DNA of 64,000 bases from Solirubrobacterales bacterium (GCA_040879985.1 JBBDJH010000004.1:14115-78114), one strand, 5' to 3'; positions 1 through 8,589 are shown, counted from the first letter of the stretch. The notes: generated by a model from the letters alone, not told the origin. Numbers and translations: made by a program.

Positions 1-262
1 CCTCGCCGCCGAAGTCGGCGTGGCCGGGGGTGTCGATGATGTTGAGCTTGACGCCCTGGTAGTCGACGGTCGTGTTCTTGGCGAGGATCGTGATCCCCTT
101 CTCGCGCTCCAGGTCCATCGAGTCCATCACCCGCTCGGCGACATCCTGGCCCTTGCGGAAGGTACCGCTCTGCCAGAGCATCGCGTCGACCAGCGTCGTC
201 TTGCCATGGTCGACATGGGCAATGATCGCGATGTTCCGGATGTCGTCTCGGGTAGTGGTCAT
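1..262 (-). CDS. typA: Translational GTPase TypA/BipA, N-terminal 87 codons (gene continues past window start)
   Basis: Hand translation of the minus strand from ATG (262-260) gives [70 protein letters not shown]. It has G1 AHVDHGKT, G3 DTPGH and the BipA-type QSGTF/ERVMDS segment. It is absent from the ORF track because it runs off the edge. Confidence 0.85.
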   Translation of the reverse strand, partial: MTTTRDDIRNIAIIAHVDHGKTTLVDAMLWQSGTFRKGQDVAERVMDSMDLEREKGITILAKNTTVDYQGVKLNIIDTPGHADFGGE

Positions 263-277
263 TTGGCGGGGCGAAGC

Positions 278-308
278 ATAAAAAGAGGCCCGCCGCGAGG
301 CGGGCCTC
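278..308 (-). terminator. Rho-independent terminator after cspA
   Basis: Perfect 10-bp stem GAGGCCCGCC/GGCGGGCCTC (285-294/299-308) with a 4-nt loop, followed on the minus strand by a TTTTTAT tract. It lies about 25 nt downstream of the cspA stop. Confidence 0.8.
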
Positions 309-332
309 TTTGCAGCTGAGAGCGGTTCGCGA

Positions 333-539
333 CTAAGCGGTCGGCTGAACGCTCGCGGCGGCCGGGCCCTTGGGGCCTTCTTCGGACTCGTAGCTCACTT
401 TGGAACCCTCGGTCAGGGACTTGAAGCCCTCACCCAGGATCGCGCTGTGATGAACGAAGACGTCCTTCGAGCCGTCATCGGGCGTGATGAACCCGTAGCC
501 CTTGTCGTCGCTGAACCACTTGACAGTTCCAGTTGGCAT
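333..539 (-). CDS. cspA: Cold-shock protein (CspA family)
   Basis: 68 aa reading [34 protein letters not shown], with RNP1 (KGYGFI) and RNP2 (VFVHH) cold-shock-domain motifs. Confidence 0.95.
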   Translation of the reverse strand: MPTGTVKWFSDDKGYGFITPDDGSKDVFVHHSAILGEGFKSLTEGSKVSYESEEGPKGPAAASVQPTA

Positions 540-780
540 TCAATTGCCTCCACTTCATGTGCTGCGAACGCGGCACATGCGGTGAAGCAACGACACGCGA
601 GCGCTAGACACGACTTTTGCCGGATCTACCGGCCTATCGCGGGCCACCGTAGCAGGATCGACGCCCCCGGTGCCTTAACCCGGGTCCACCGATCTCGTCG
701 GTTTGCGCCACCGCCCTCGAGCGCCTGCGCCCGTTGCCGCACCGACCCGGCCAGGCCCGCCAGCCCCGATCGCGGCCCTT

Positions 781-823
781 CCGGTGTGCTTTATGTGCCC
801 CAGAGACACATAAAGCACACCGG
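781..823. repeat. Perfect 17-bp inverted repeat with 9-nt loop in the cspA/protease divergent intergenic region
   Basis: CCGGTGTGCTTTATGTG-ccccagaga-CACATAAAGCACACCGG. It has an AT-rich interior inside a GC-rich context. Confidence 0.7.
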
Positions 824-875
824 AAGCCGCAATTGGGGGTTGAAGAACCGCGATGAGCGGTCGATACCTTAGGAA

Positions 876-3218
876 GTGATGCAGCCAGGGAACCCGCCCC
901 GCCGCAGGGGAGCAAGCGCAATCGCGCTCGCCGCCCTCGCGCTGGCCTGCGCCCTCGCCCCCGCATCGGCCGGAGCCGCCGCGGCGCGTCCAGGCGACGG
1001 CGCCCTCTCGGCCCGGCTGGCGCCAAAGGTAGTCGAGGACGATGGCGCGTTCGCTCCAGGCGAGGCGATCGTGCGGTTCGAACCGGGAGCACCACCGGCG
1101 ATCCGCCGCGATGCTCGCGACGACGCCAACGTCGAGTTCGCAGACACGGTCGGGCTGCCCCACGCCCAGCTAGTCAGCCTCGACGGATCGGTCGAGGCAG
1201 CGGTCAGGCGCTTGGAGCGCCAGCCGGGAGTGGCCTACGCCCAGCCGAACTACCGCTACCAGGCGTCGGCTCCCGCCCCGATCCCGGACGACACCTTCTT
1301 CGACGAACTCTGGGGCCTCTCCGACCCCGCGATGCCAGATCCGGGGGTCGGCGCCCTGGAGGCGTGGGAAGTGGGCGAAGAAGGCGACGGCCAGGTGATC
1401 GCGGTCCTCGATACCGGAGTCGACCTGACCCACCCGGACCTAGTGGGAAACCTCTGGACGAACCCGAGCCCGGGCATCGATGGAGATGTTCATGGATATG
1501 ACTTTGTCGATGGGGACGGGGATCCTGACGACTACAACTTCCATGGAACCCATGTTGCCGGCACGGCTGCGGCAAGCGCCGGCAACAACCTGGGGGTCGC
1601 TGGGGTCGCTCCGCAGGCCGAGATCATGGCCGTGCGAGTGCTCGACGGCGACGGCAGCGGCACGACCGCCGACATCGCCGCCGGAATCGACTACGCCGCC
1701 GACAACGCCGCGGGCGTGATCAACATGAGTCTTGGGGGGCCCGCCAGCTCTGGCGGCGACAAAGCGATGTCCGAAGCGATCGCGAGGGCAGGCGAAGCCG
1801 ACACGGTCGTGGTAGTCGCGGCGGGCAACGAAGGTGCCGACAACGACACCGACCCGCACACGCCCTGTGCGCTCTCGAATCCGAACATCATCTGCGTTGC
1901 CGCTCTCAACCAGTCCGGCAGCCTCGCCGGCTTCTCCAACTACGGCCTCAAGACGGTCGACATAGCCGCGCCCGGTACGAGCACCCTCAGCGCCAAGACC
2001 GACTACGGCCCTTCCTTGTTCACGGATGATTTCGAGTCCGGGCTAGGGCTCTGGACCACCGAAGCATTCGATGGCGGCAAGCTGTGGGGCGAAAGCTCGA
2101 ACGCTGCGGGTGGCGTGCTGTCGGCAACCGACAGCCCTGGAGAGGATTACGGCCAGCAGGAGGCCGGCGCCGAATTCCTCGCCGAATCGGTTCTCTACAC
2201 CAGCTCACCGGTGGACCTCAGTGGAGAGCGCGGCTGCCGTGAGCACTTCAGGGCGGCCTACGAGATCGAGCCGTCCGACGGTTTCTTCGCCGGTGCGTTT
2301 GCGAGCGGCCTGGCATCAAGCTTCGACGGGGAACTCTTCGACGGCACCTCCCCCGGGTTCCCGAAATCGTTCTCCCGGGAGCAGGCGTCGGTCTCGGAGT
2401 TGGACAACCGCAGCGACGTACACGCGATCCTCGCCATCCTGTCTGACGAGGAAATCGAGCTGGACGGCGCCTATGTCGACGACCTCCGTCTCTTTTGTCG
2501 AGACGAGAGCTATGTGAACGAAATTGCGAACAGCAGCAACTACGACCAACCAGGCTCAGGCAACTACGTCCGTTTCGCGGGCACCTCGATGGCGACGCCG
2601 CACGTAGCCGGAGTAGTGGCACTGGTCCGCTCGGCGGCGCCTGGACTGAGCCTGCAGCAGGTCATCAGCGCGGTACTCGACGGAGCTTCCGCGATACCGG
2701 ACCCCGATCCGGAAAGGCCGACGGCGACGTTCGGTATCGCCGACGCCTGTAAGGCGATCGCCGTTGCGACCGGAAGCAACATTGAAGTGGATTGTCCGGC
2801 CAGCACGACTCCGGTGATTCCGCCACCGCCGGAGGAAGAGGAGGAGGCGGAGGAGGAGACGCCACCCGCGAGCCCGCTACCGCCGGCCGATATCGCCCCA
2901 CCCCCACTCAGCCAGCCGCGAGACAACACGGACCGCGTTCGCCCCCATACCTTCTTCCGCCACCGGCCGCCGAGGCTGATCCGGACCCGGCACCGCACGG
3001 CCAGGGTTGTGTTTCGCTTCCGCTCGAACGAGGCCGGCGTCACGTTCCTCTGCCAGTGGGACCGCAGGCGCTACCGGGTTTGTCGGGAGCGATTCGTGCG
3101 GCGGTTCGGGCGTGGCCGGCATGTGCTGCGGGTCAAGGCTCGCGACGCGGCGGGCAACGTCGACCGCACGCCAGCCGTGCATCGCTTCCGGGTGAAGCGG
3201 GTCCCGAAGCGCCGTTAG
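876..3218 (+). CDS. Secreted subtilisin-family (S8) serine protease with an inserted domain, P/E-rich linker and basic C-terminal domain
   Basis: N-terminal signal-like segment AIALAALALACALAPASAGAAAA. Catalytic motifs are VLDTGVD (Asp), HGTHVAGT (His), AAGNEG (oxyanion Asn) and GTSMATPHVAG (Ser). Confidence 0.9.
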   Translation: MMQPGNPPRRRGASAIALAALALACALAPASAGAAAARPGDGALSARLAPKVVEDDGAFAPGEAIVRFEPGAPPAIRRDARDDANVEFADTVGLPHAQLVSLDGSVEAAVRRLERQPGVAYAQPNYRYQASAPAPIPDDTFFDELWGLSDPAMPDPGVGALEAWEVGEEGDGQVIAVLDTGVDLTHPDLVGNLWTNPSPGIDGDVHGYDFVDGDGDPDDYNFHGTHVAGTAAASAGNNLGVAGVAPQAEIMAVRVLDGDGSGTTADIAAGIDYAADNAAGVINMSLGGPASSGGDKAMSEAIARAGEADTVVVVAAGNEGADNDTDPHTPCALSNPNIICVAALNQSGSLAGFSNYGLKTVDIAAPGTSTLSAKTDYGPSLFTDDFESGLGLWTTEAFDGGKLWGESSNAAGGVLSATDSPGEDYGQQEAGAEFLAESVLYTSSPVDLSGERGCREHFRAAYEIEPSDGFFAGAFASGLASSFDGELFDGTSPGFPKSFSREQASVSELDNRSDVHAILAILSDEEIELDGAYVDDLRLFCRDESYVNEIANSSNYDQPGSGNYVRFAGTSMATPHVAGVVALVRSAAPGLSLQQVISAVLDGASAIPDPDPERPTATFGIADACKAIAVATGSNIEVDCPASTTPVIPPPPEEEEEAEEETPPASPLPPADIAPPPLSQPRDNTDRVRPHTFFRHRPPRLIRTRHRTARVVFRFRSNEAGVTFLCQWDRRRYRVCRERFVRRFGRGRHVLRVKARDAAGNVDRTPAVHRFRVKRVPKRR

Positions 3219-3655
3219 CGGCGGAGTTCGCGCTGGAAGACGTCCTCGCCGATCGCGAGACGCCAGGGGCCATCGGCCGATTCCGTCGCGCGGAAGTCGC
3301 GGAAGTCGAAGGTGAGAATGGGAAGGCTGTGGCGCTCTGCGATCGCCATCACGCTGGCATCGACCAAACCGATCCCAAGCGAGGCGTACTTTCTGTCGAC
3401 CTCCACGGCCCGCCGCATCAGACCCGACGTCATGTAGGCAATCTCGTGCGAACCCCCCACTACCGTCTTCAGAAATCGGCGAGCCGCGTCGCCGCCGAGC
3501 CTATTGCGGGCCAGGTGGTCGACCTCGATCATCACGGGCGACGGTACGACGCCCATCCGACGCAGTCGGCGCAACGCCGTGGACGCCATCTGGTGGGCTG
3601 GATCTGACTTGTCAAGAGCCGAAACAAGCGGGCCGGTGTCAATCACGATCTGCAT
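3215..3655 (-). CDS. vapC: PIN-domain ribonuclease toxin (VapC-like)
   Basis: Trimmed to MQIVIDTGPLVSALD. Conserved PIN acidic residues are present (IDTG.., EVDHL, LVDASV, TFDFRDF). It overlaps the upstream antitoxin-like ORF by 17 nt. Confidence 0.8.
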   Translation of the reverse strand: MQIVIDTGPLVSALDKSDPAHQMASTALRRLRRMGVVPSPVMIEVDHLARNRLGGDAARRFLKTVVGGSHEIAYMTSGLMRRAVEVDRKYASLGIGLVDASVMAIAERHSLPILTFDFRDFRATESADGPWRLAIGEDVFQRELRR

Positions 3656-3914
3656 CGCCGGGCCCCTCCCCAGGGCCCCAGGGCTTGAGGCCGAGGTATT
3701 TCTCATTGTTGATGCCGAGGTCGGGGAGGCCACTCTCGCCGGCGCCGATGTAGTCGAGCGAAATCTCCTGCTCGTCCCCGCGTGCGCCCAACTCGATCAG
3801 GCGCACGATCGTGGCCGAGAACGACTCGCCCTCGCGGGCTCGCTCACGCACGAGCTCCTCGGCGTCATGGGGGATGTAGATCGTCCGTCGGGGCACAGCC
3901 TGAGCCTGAGTCAT
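3639..3914 (-). CDS. vapB: Antitoxin-like small protein (ribbon-helix-helix type, VapB-like)
   Basis: Trimmed to MTQAQAVPRRTIYIPHDAEELVRERAREGESFSATIVRLIELG (beta-strand plus two-helix pattern). It lies immediately upstream of, and overlapping, the PIN gene. Confidence 0.65.
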   Translation of the reverse strand: MTQAQAVPRRTIYIPHDAEELVRERAREGESFSATIVRLIELGARGDEQEISLDYIGAGESGLPDLGINNEKYLGLKPWGPGEGPGDADRD

Positions 3915-4016
3915 GTCAAGAGTATGAACGGGCCGATCATACCAATGGCACGCAGATCCAAAATCTTCCGCAACTTCAATCGCGCGGCTTTGCAACAACT
4001 GCCCAGCGCCCCCGGC

Positions 4017-6155
4017 TCAGCCCCGCAGGCGTTCGGCCAGTCCGGAGTAGCGGCTGCCGCTGTCGTCGCGGCGGATCGCCATCTCGAGCGCGGCGGGGTC
4101 GCCGATCAGGACGCAGTTGGTGCGGGCGCGGGTGATCGCCGTGTAGAGCAGCGGCCGGCTCAGCATGCGGGCGTGGGAGCGGTGGCAGACGGCGACGACG
4201 ACGGGGACCTCGCACCCCTGCGCCTTGTGGACCGAGATCGCGTAGGCGAGGCGCAGGGTCGCCGTCTCGCCGTAGGGGATGCTCAGCGCGGCGCCCTCGT
4301 CCGTGTCGACGAGGATCGCCTCCTCCCCCGGGTCGTCCTCGCGCAGGAAGACAATCGAGCCGTTCATCAGCCCCAGCTCGTGCGAGTTGCGGGTCTGGAT
4401 CAGCCGGTCGCCGATGCGGAAGCGCTCGCTCACCGCCGCCCGCCCGTCCGGGTTGAGCCGCGCCTGCAGGCGCTCGTTGAGCGCGTCGATCCCGACCGCC
4501 CCCTTGTACATCGGCGCCAGCACCTGCACCTCGCGGATCGGGTCGACGCCGAAGCTCGCCGGCGCCCGCTCGGCGACCACCTCGACCACGGTCTCCAGGG
4601 CGCGCTCCGGGCTCGGCCGGTCGATGAAGAAGAAGTCGTGGTCCTGGTCGCCCTGCGGCTGCAGGTGCGGCGGCCGGCCCTGGTTGATCTCGTGGGCGGC
4701 GGTGGTGATCATCGATCGCGCCGCCTGGCGGAAGATCTGGGTCAGCCGCACCACCGGGGCGACGCCGGCGGCGATCAGGTCCTCGAAGGGCTTGCCGGCG
4801 CCGATCGGCGGCAGCTGGTCGGCGTCGCCGACGAAGACGACGTGGGTCGTCTCGGCCAGGCCGCCGAGCAGGACCTCGATCAGGCGCAGGTTCAGCATCG
4901 AGGCCTCGTCGACGATCGCCAGCTCGGCGGGCAGCGGGTGGCCGGGCCGGTAGGCGGGCTCGCGCCCCGGCATCCACTCGAGCATCCGGTGGATCGTCTG
5001 CGCCTCGTGCCCGGTCGCCTCCTCGAGCCGGCGGGCGGCGCGGCCGGTCGGCGCGCAGAGCGCGATCGGGACGCCGGCCCGCTGGGCCTCGGCGACGATC
5101 GCCTTCGTGCAGGCGGTCTTGCCGACGCCGGGGCCGCCGGTGAGGACCGAGATCCGCGCCGCGAAGGCGCCGCGCACCGCCGCCCACTGCTCCTCGGTCA
5201 GCTCCGCCTCGTCCTCCACCCCGAGCGGCGGCGTCTCCCCCGGGTCGTGGTCGAGGTGGGGCTCGGCGGCGGCCCGGGCGGCCAGCGTCGCCGCGACGGC
5301 GACCTCGCCGGCGTGGGTCGGCTCGCGGTAGGCGCGCCCCTGGTCGAGCAGCAGGCCGCGCGCCTGGCCCGGCACGTCGGGGTCGGGCCGCAACCCGATC
5401 AGCTTCGCGGTGCGCTCGTTGAGCTCGTCCAGCGGCAGGTAGGCGTTGCCCTGCTGCTCGGCCTCGGAGAGGGCGAAGACCGCGGCCGCCTGGGCGCGCC
5501 GGTCGGACTCCGGCGGCACGTCGGCGGCGAGGGCGATCTTGTCGGCGCGGGCGAAGCCGACGCCGGCGACCTCGGTCAGCCGGTAGGGGTCCTCGTGCAG
5601 GACGGTCAGCGCCCGCTCGGCGAAGCGGGCGTGGATCGGCGCCGCCAGGTGGGCCAGCCCGTGCGGGGCCAGCTGCACGTGCAGGTCGCGGATCGCCCGC
5701 GAGGCGTGCCAGGACTCGGCCGCGGCGGCGGCCTGCGCGGCGCTGACCCCGCGCAGGTCGGCGAAGACGCCGGCCGGGTCGGCGGCGATCGCCCCCAGCA
5801 CCCCCTCGCCGTGCTCGTCGACGAGCCGCTCGGCGCGGGCCGGCCCGATGTGGCGCAGCGTCGTCAGGTAGGCGACCTGGCCGGCCCGGTCGGCCGGATC
5901 GAGCGGCAGCGCGCCGCGCGCCTTGAGCTGGCGCCCGTAGCGCGAGTGGGTCTGCCAGTCGCCGCTGACTTCGGCCCGGTCGCCGGCGCTCAGGTGGGCG
6001 ACCGGGCCGACCAGGGCAAAGCCCTCGCCGCTCTCGGCCTCCTGCACCTCGAGCACCGCGTAGCCGTCGTCCTCGGCGCTGAAGATGACGCCGAGCACCT
6101 CGACCGTGCCGGTGAACGCGGCCGCATCGGCGTCGAAGAGCGTCGCGGCATCCAT
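4017..6155 (-). CDS. recD2: RecD2-type ATP-dependent 5'-3' DNA helicase (RecD/TraA family)
   Basis: Walker A VLTGGPGVGKT, Walker B AIVDEASML, FVGDADQLPPIG, and C-terminal ISVHKAQG..TAITRAR. Start trimmed to MDAATLF (6155); the 149 upstream codons of the track ORF overlap the opposite-strand transporter gene. Confidence 0.85.
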   Translation of the reverse strand: MDAATLFDADAAAFTGTVEVLGVIFSAEDDGYAVLEVQEAESGEGFALVGPVAHLSAGDRAEVSGDWQTHSRYGRQLKARGALPLDPADRAGQVAYLTTLRHIGPARAERLVDEHGEGVLGAIAADPAGVFADLRGVSAAQAAAAAESWHASRAIRDLHVQLAPHGLAHLAAPIHARFAERALTVLHEDPYRLTEVAGVGFARADKIALAADVPPESDRRAQAAAVFALSEAEQQGNAYLPLDELNERTAKLIGLRPDPDVPGQARGLLLDQGRAYREPTHAGEVAVAATLAARAAAEPHLDHDPGETPPLGVEDEAELTEEQWAAVRGAFAARISVLTGGPGVGKTACTKAIVAEAQRAGVPIALCAPTGRAARRLEEATGHEAQTIHRMLEWMPGREPAYRPGHPLPAELAIVDEASMLNLRLIEVLLGGLAETTHVVFVGDADQLPPIGAGKPFEDLIAAGVAPVVRLTQIFRQAARSMITTAAHEINQGRPPHLQPQGDQDHDFFFIDRPSPERALETVVEVVAERAPASFGVDPIREVQVLAPMYKGAVGIDALNERLQARLNPDGRAAVSERFRIGDRLIQTRNSHELGLMNGSIVFLREDDPGEEAILVDTDEGAALSIPYGETATLRLAYAISVHKAQGCEVPVVVAVCHRSHARMLSRPLLYTAITRARTNCVLIGDPAALEMAIRRDDSGSRYSGLAERLRG

Positions 6156-6198
6156 GCCGTCGAGGCTAGTCAACCGACCCCGCAGCCACAATGCGGGC

Positions 6199-6900
6199 GT
6201 GGGCGAAGCGGTCCTCTTTGCGGTTGTTGCCTCGAGCGCGCTGCCGCTCGGCGCGCTGATCGCGGTCTGGCGCCCGCCGCCGCGCCAGGTCACCGCGGCG
6301 CTGCTCGGCTTCGCCTCCGGCGCCCTGATCACCGCGGTCGCCTTCGAGCTCTTCGAGAAAGCCTTCGTGCACGGCGGCGCCTGGCGCGCCGGGCTCGCCT
6401 TCTTCGCCGGGGCGACCGCCTTCATCCTCGTCGACGGCTGGCTCGAGCGGCGCCAGGCGCGCCAGCGGGCGCGCGGCGGCGTCGTCGGCCTCGCCCTGCT
6501 GGCCGGCGTGACGCTGGACGGGGTCCCGGAGAACCTCGCGATGGGAGTCGCCCTGCTCGAGGGCGGCGCCGTCACCCTGCTGGTGGCGATCTTCGCCTCC
6601 AACCTGCCGGAGGCGATCGTCGGCGCCGAGAAGATGCGCGAGGAACGCGGCGATCGCGAGATCGTCGCGATCTGGACCGCGACCGCGGGGCTGCTGGCGG
6701 TCGCGGTCGTCGTCGGCTACGTGGCGCTGCAGGGCGTCGGCGCGAGCGGCCTCGCCTGGCCGCTCGGCTTCGCCGCGGGCGCCGTGCTCGCCTCGTTAGC
6801 CGACACGCTGATGCCCGAGGCCTACGGCGAGGGAGGCCCGCCGGTCGCCTACGCAACCGCGCTCGGCTTCCTCACCTCGTTCCTGATCTCAGCAGCCTGA
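6199..6900 (+). CDS. ZIP-family divalent metal transporter (ZupT-like)
   Basis: Multi-pass membrane protein with the GVTLDGVPENLAMG and FASNLPEA motifs typical of ZIP permeases. The start is uncertain: I chose GTG 6199, but the ORF is open from 6085. Confidence 0.7.
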   Translation: MGEAVLFAVVASSALPLGALIAVWRPPPRQVTAALLGFASGALITAVAFELFEKAFVHGGAWRAGLAFFAGATAFILVDGWLERRQARQRARGGVVGLALLAGVTLDGVPENLAMGVALLEGGAVTLLVAIFASNLPEAIVGAEKMREERGDREIVAIWTATAGLLAVAVVVGYVALQGVGASGLAWPLGFAAGAVLASLADTLMPEAYGEGGPPVAYATALGFLTSFLISAA

Positions 6901-6907
6901 GCCGGGG

Positions 6908-6950
6908 GTGGTCGAGGTTTGGGTCGCATAGCGGTTCAAACCTCGACCAC
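6908..6950. repeat. Family-A palindromic element, copy 1 (loop inverted relative to copies 2 and 3)
   Basis: GTGGTCGAGGTTTG-ggtcgcatagcggttc-AAACCTCGACCAC. It lies between the convergent stops of the ZIP gene (6900) and the small Cys-rich ORF (6953). Confidence 0.85.
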
Positions 6951-6952
6951 GG

Positions 6953-7150
6953 TCATCGGCCGGGCGCCGGGCCGCCGGGCGGGGCGGGCGGCTCGTGGCC
7001 GCGGCACGCGAGTACCGGCAGCCGTGGGTAGCGCGGGTAGGCCGGGTCCTTGCGCGAGCGCATGCAGAGGCTGAAGACCGATCCCCGCGTGTTGGGGACG
7101 AGCTGCTGGTGGATGCAGTTGTCGCAGAGGCCGCGGCTCGCAGATCGCAC
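6953..7150 (-). CDS. Small Cys-rich hypothetical protein
   Basis: 65 aa with CDNC..(15)..C..(19)..C spacing (LCDNCIHQQLVPNTRGSVFSLCMRSRKDPAYPRYPRLPVLAC). The composition is not low-complexity, unlike the surrounding shadow ORFs. Confidence 0.4.
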   Translation of the reverse strand: MRSASRGLCDNCIHQQLVPNTRGSVFSLCMRSRKDPAYPRYPRLPVLACRGHEPPAPPGGPAPGR

Positions 7151-7284
7151 GGGCCGACGCTACCGCGACGGGCGCCCGCGCCGATTTGTTGGCGGCGATA
7201 GTTGCGCTCCGCGGCGATCCGGTTTAGGTTGTTTGCAACAAACCGGACCAGTACACGACTCAGGGGGGACCCGGATGAGTCTCG

Positions 7285-8568
7285 ATGTCTAGTCTCGACG
7301 TCTACCTGCATGGGAAGCCGATCGGCGCGCTCTCGCCGACCGGGGAAGACAGCTACAGCTTCGCCTACCGGCCGGAGACGGTCGCCGAGGCGGGCCCGGG
7401 CAAGGCGCCGCTCAGCCTCTCGCTGCCGCTGCGCGCCGAGCCGTTCGGCGCCGACGCCAGCCGCGCCTACGTCGAGGGGCTGCTGCCGCAGGGGCCGCGG
7501 CGGCAGGCGATCGCGGAGGAGCTGGGCCTCGACCCGGCCGACGGCTACGGACTGATCGCCGAGCTGGGGGCGGACTGCCTCGGCGCGGTCAGCTTCCTGG
7601 CCGAGGGCGAGGAGCCCGAGGAGGCGGCCCCGCTCGCCTGGCTCAGTGACGACGAACTGGCGGAGGCCGTGCACTGGTCGCCGCAGCGCTACTTCGACCC
7701 GGCCTGCCCGCAGCGGATGCGCTTCGCCCTGCCCGGCGAGCGCCACAAGCTCGCCCTCGTCCGCGACGAGGCCAACGACCGCTGGGCGTGGCCGCAGCCG
7801 GGATCGCCCAGCACCCACATCGTCAAGCCGGAAACGCCGGAACGCCCGGGCCTGGCGGCGACCGAGCACGCCTGCACGCTCGCCTACCGCGAACTCGGCT
7901 TCCCGGTCGTCCACACCGCCCTGGAGACGATCGCCGGGCAGGCCTGCCTCGTCTCCAAGCGCTTCGACCGCTGGGGAGAAGGCCCGCGGGCGGAGCGCCT
8001 GCACCAGGAGAGCTTCGCGCAGGCGCTCGGCATCGCCCCCGACAGCGCCGAGCGCAGGCTCGCCACCGGAACGCCGAGCCTCGGCGAGGCCAGCGGCCTG
8101 CTGCGGGCGATCGGCGAAGGCGACGCCGTGCAGACGCTGATGCGGGTGACCTTCTGCGACCTCTTCATCGGCTGCACCGAGCTGCGCGGCGCCAACGCTG
8201 CCCTGCTCTTCACCGACGGCGGGCCGATCCTGGCGCCGTTCTACGACATCGCCTCGACCGAGATCTACGGCGAGGTCCGCCCCCGTCCGATCGTGATCGG
8301 CTACGACGTGCCGCCGGCCCCGCTGCTGATCGACCTGCGCCACACGATCGAACTGTGCGACCTCGAGTTCCAGCCCTCGCTGATCGAATCGGTCGCGCTG
8401 ATGGGACAGATCAGCATCGCCCTCGGCGCCGTCGCCGCCGACGCCTGGGAGGAGGGCTGGCACCGCCGCGCGATCGACGAGGGGCTGCAGATCGCCACCT
8501 CGCGCGCGCTCGGCTTCCGCGAGGAATCGGAGTACCTGCGCCCGCCGGGCGCGGAGCCGATCAACTAG
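7285..8568 (+). CDS. hipA: HipA-like serine/threonine kinase (type II toxin family), no adjacent HipB
   Basis: N-terminal coupling domain MSSLDVYLHGKPIGAL..SYSFAY, followed by LPGERHKLALV, STHIVKPE and LAPFYDIAST, which are characteristic of HipA_N/HipA_C. Confidence 0.8.
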   Translation: MSSLDVYLHGKPIGALSPTGEDSYSFAYRPETVAEAGPGKAPLSLSLPLRAEPFGADASRAYVEGLLPQGPRRQAIAEELGLDPADGYGLIAELGADCLGAVSFLAEGEEPEEAAPLAWLSDDELAEAVHWSPQRYFDPACPQRMRFALPGERHKLALVRDEANDRWAWPQPGSPSTHIVKPETPERPGLAATEHACTLAYRELGFPVVHTALETIAGQACLVSKRFDRWGEGPRAERLHQESFAQALGIAPDSAERRLATGTPSLGEASGLLRAIGEGDAVQTLMRVTFCDLFIGCTELRGANAALLFTDGGPILAPFYDIASTEIYGEVRPRPIVIGYDVPPAPLLIDLRHTIELCDLEFQPSLIESVALMGQISIALGAVAADAWEEGWHRRAIDEGLQIATSRALGFREESEYLRPPGAEPIN

Positions 8569-8589
8569 CCAGCGGGACTCGGCCAGACC

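Noticed and set aside
3504-7031. 1175-aa ORF on the plus strand, the longest in the track.
   Set aside because: It is antisense to the well-supported recD2 gene and out of frame across the ZIP gene. Its composition is extreme Arg/Gly/Ala/Asp low-complexity (RRRR, GRRG runs), typical of shadow ORFs in high-G+C DNA, and it has no recognisable motif.
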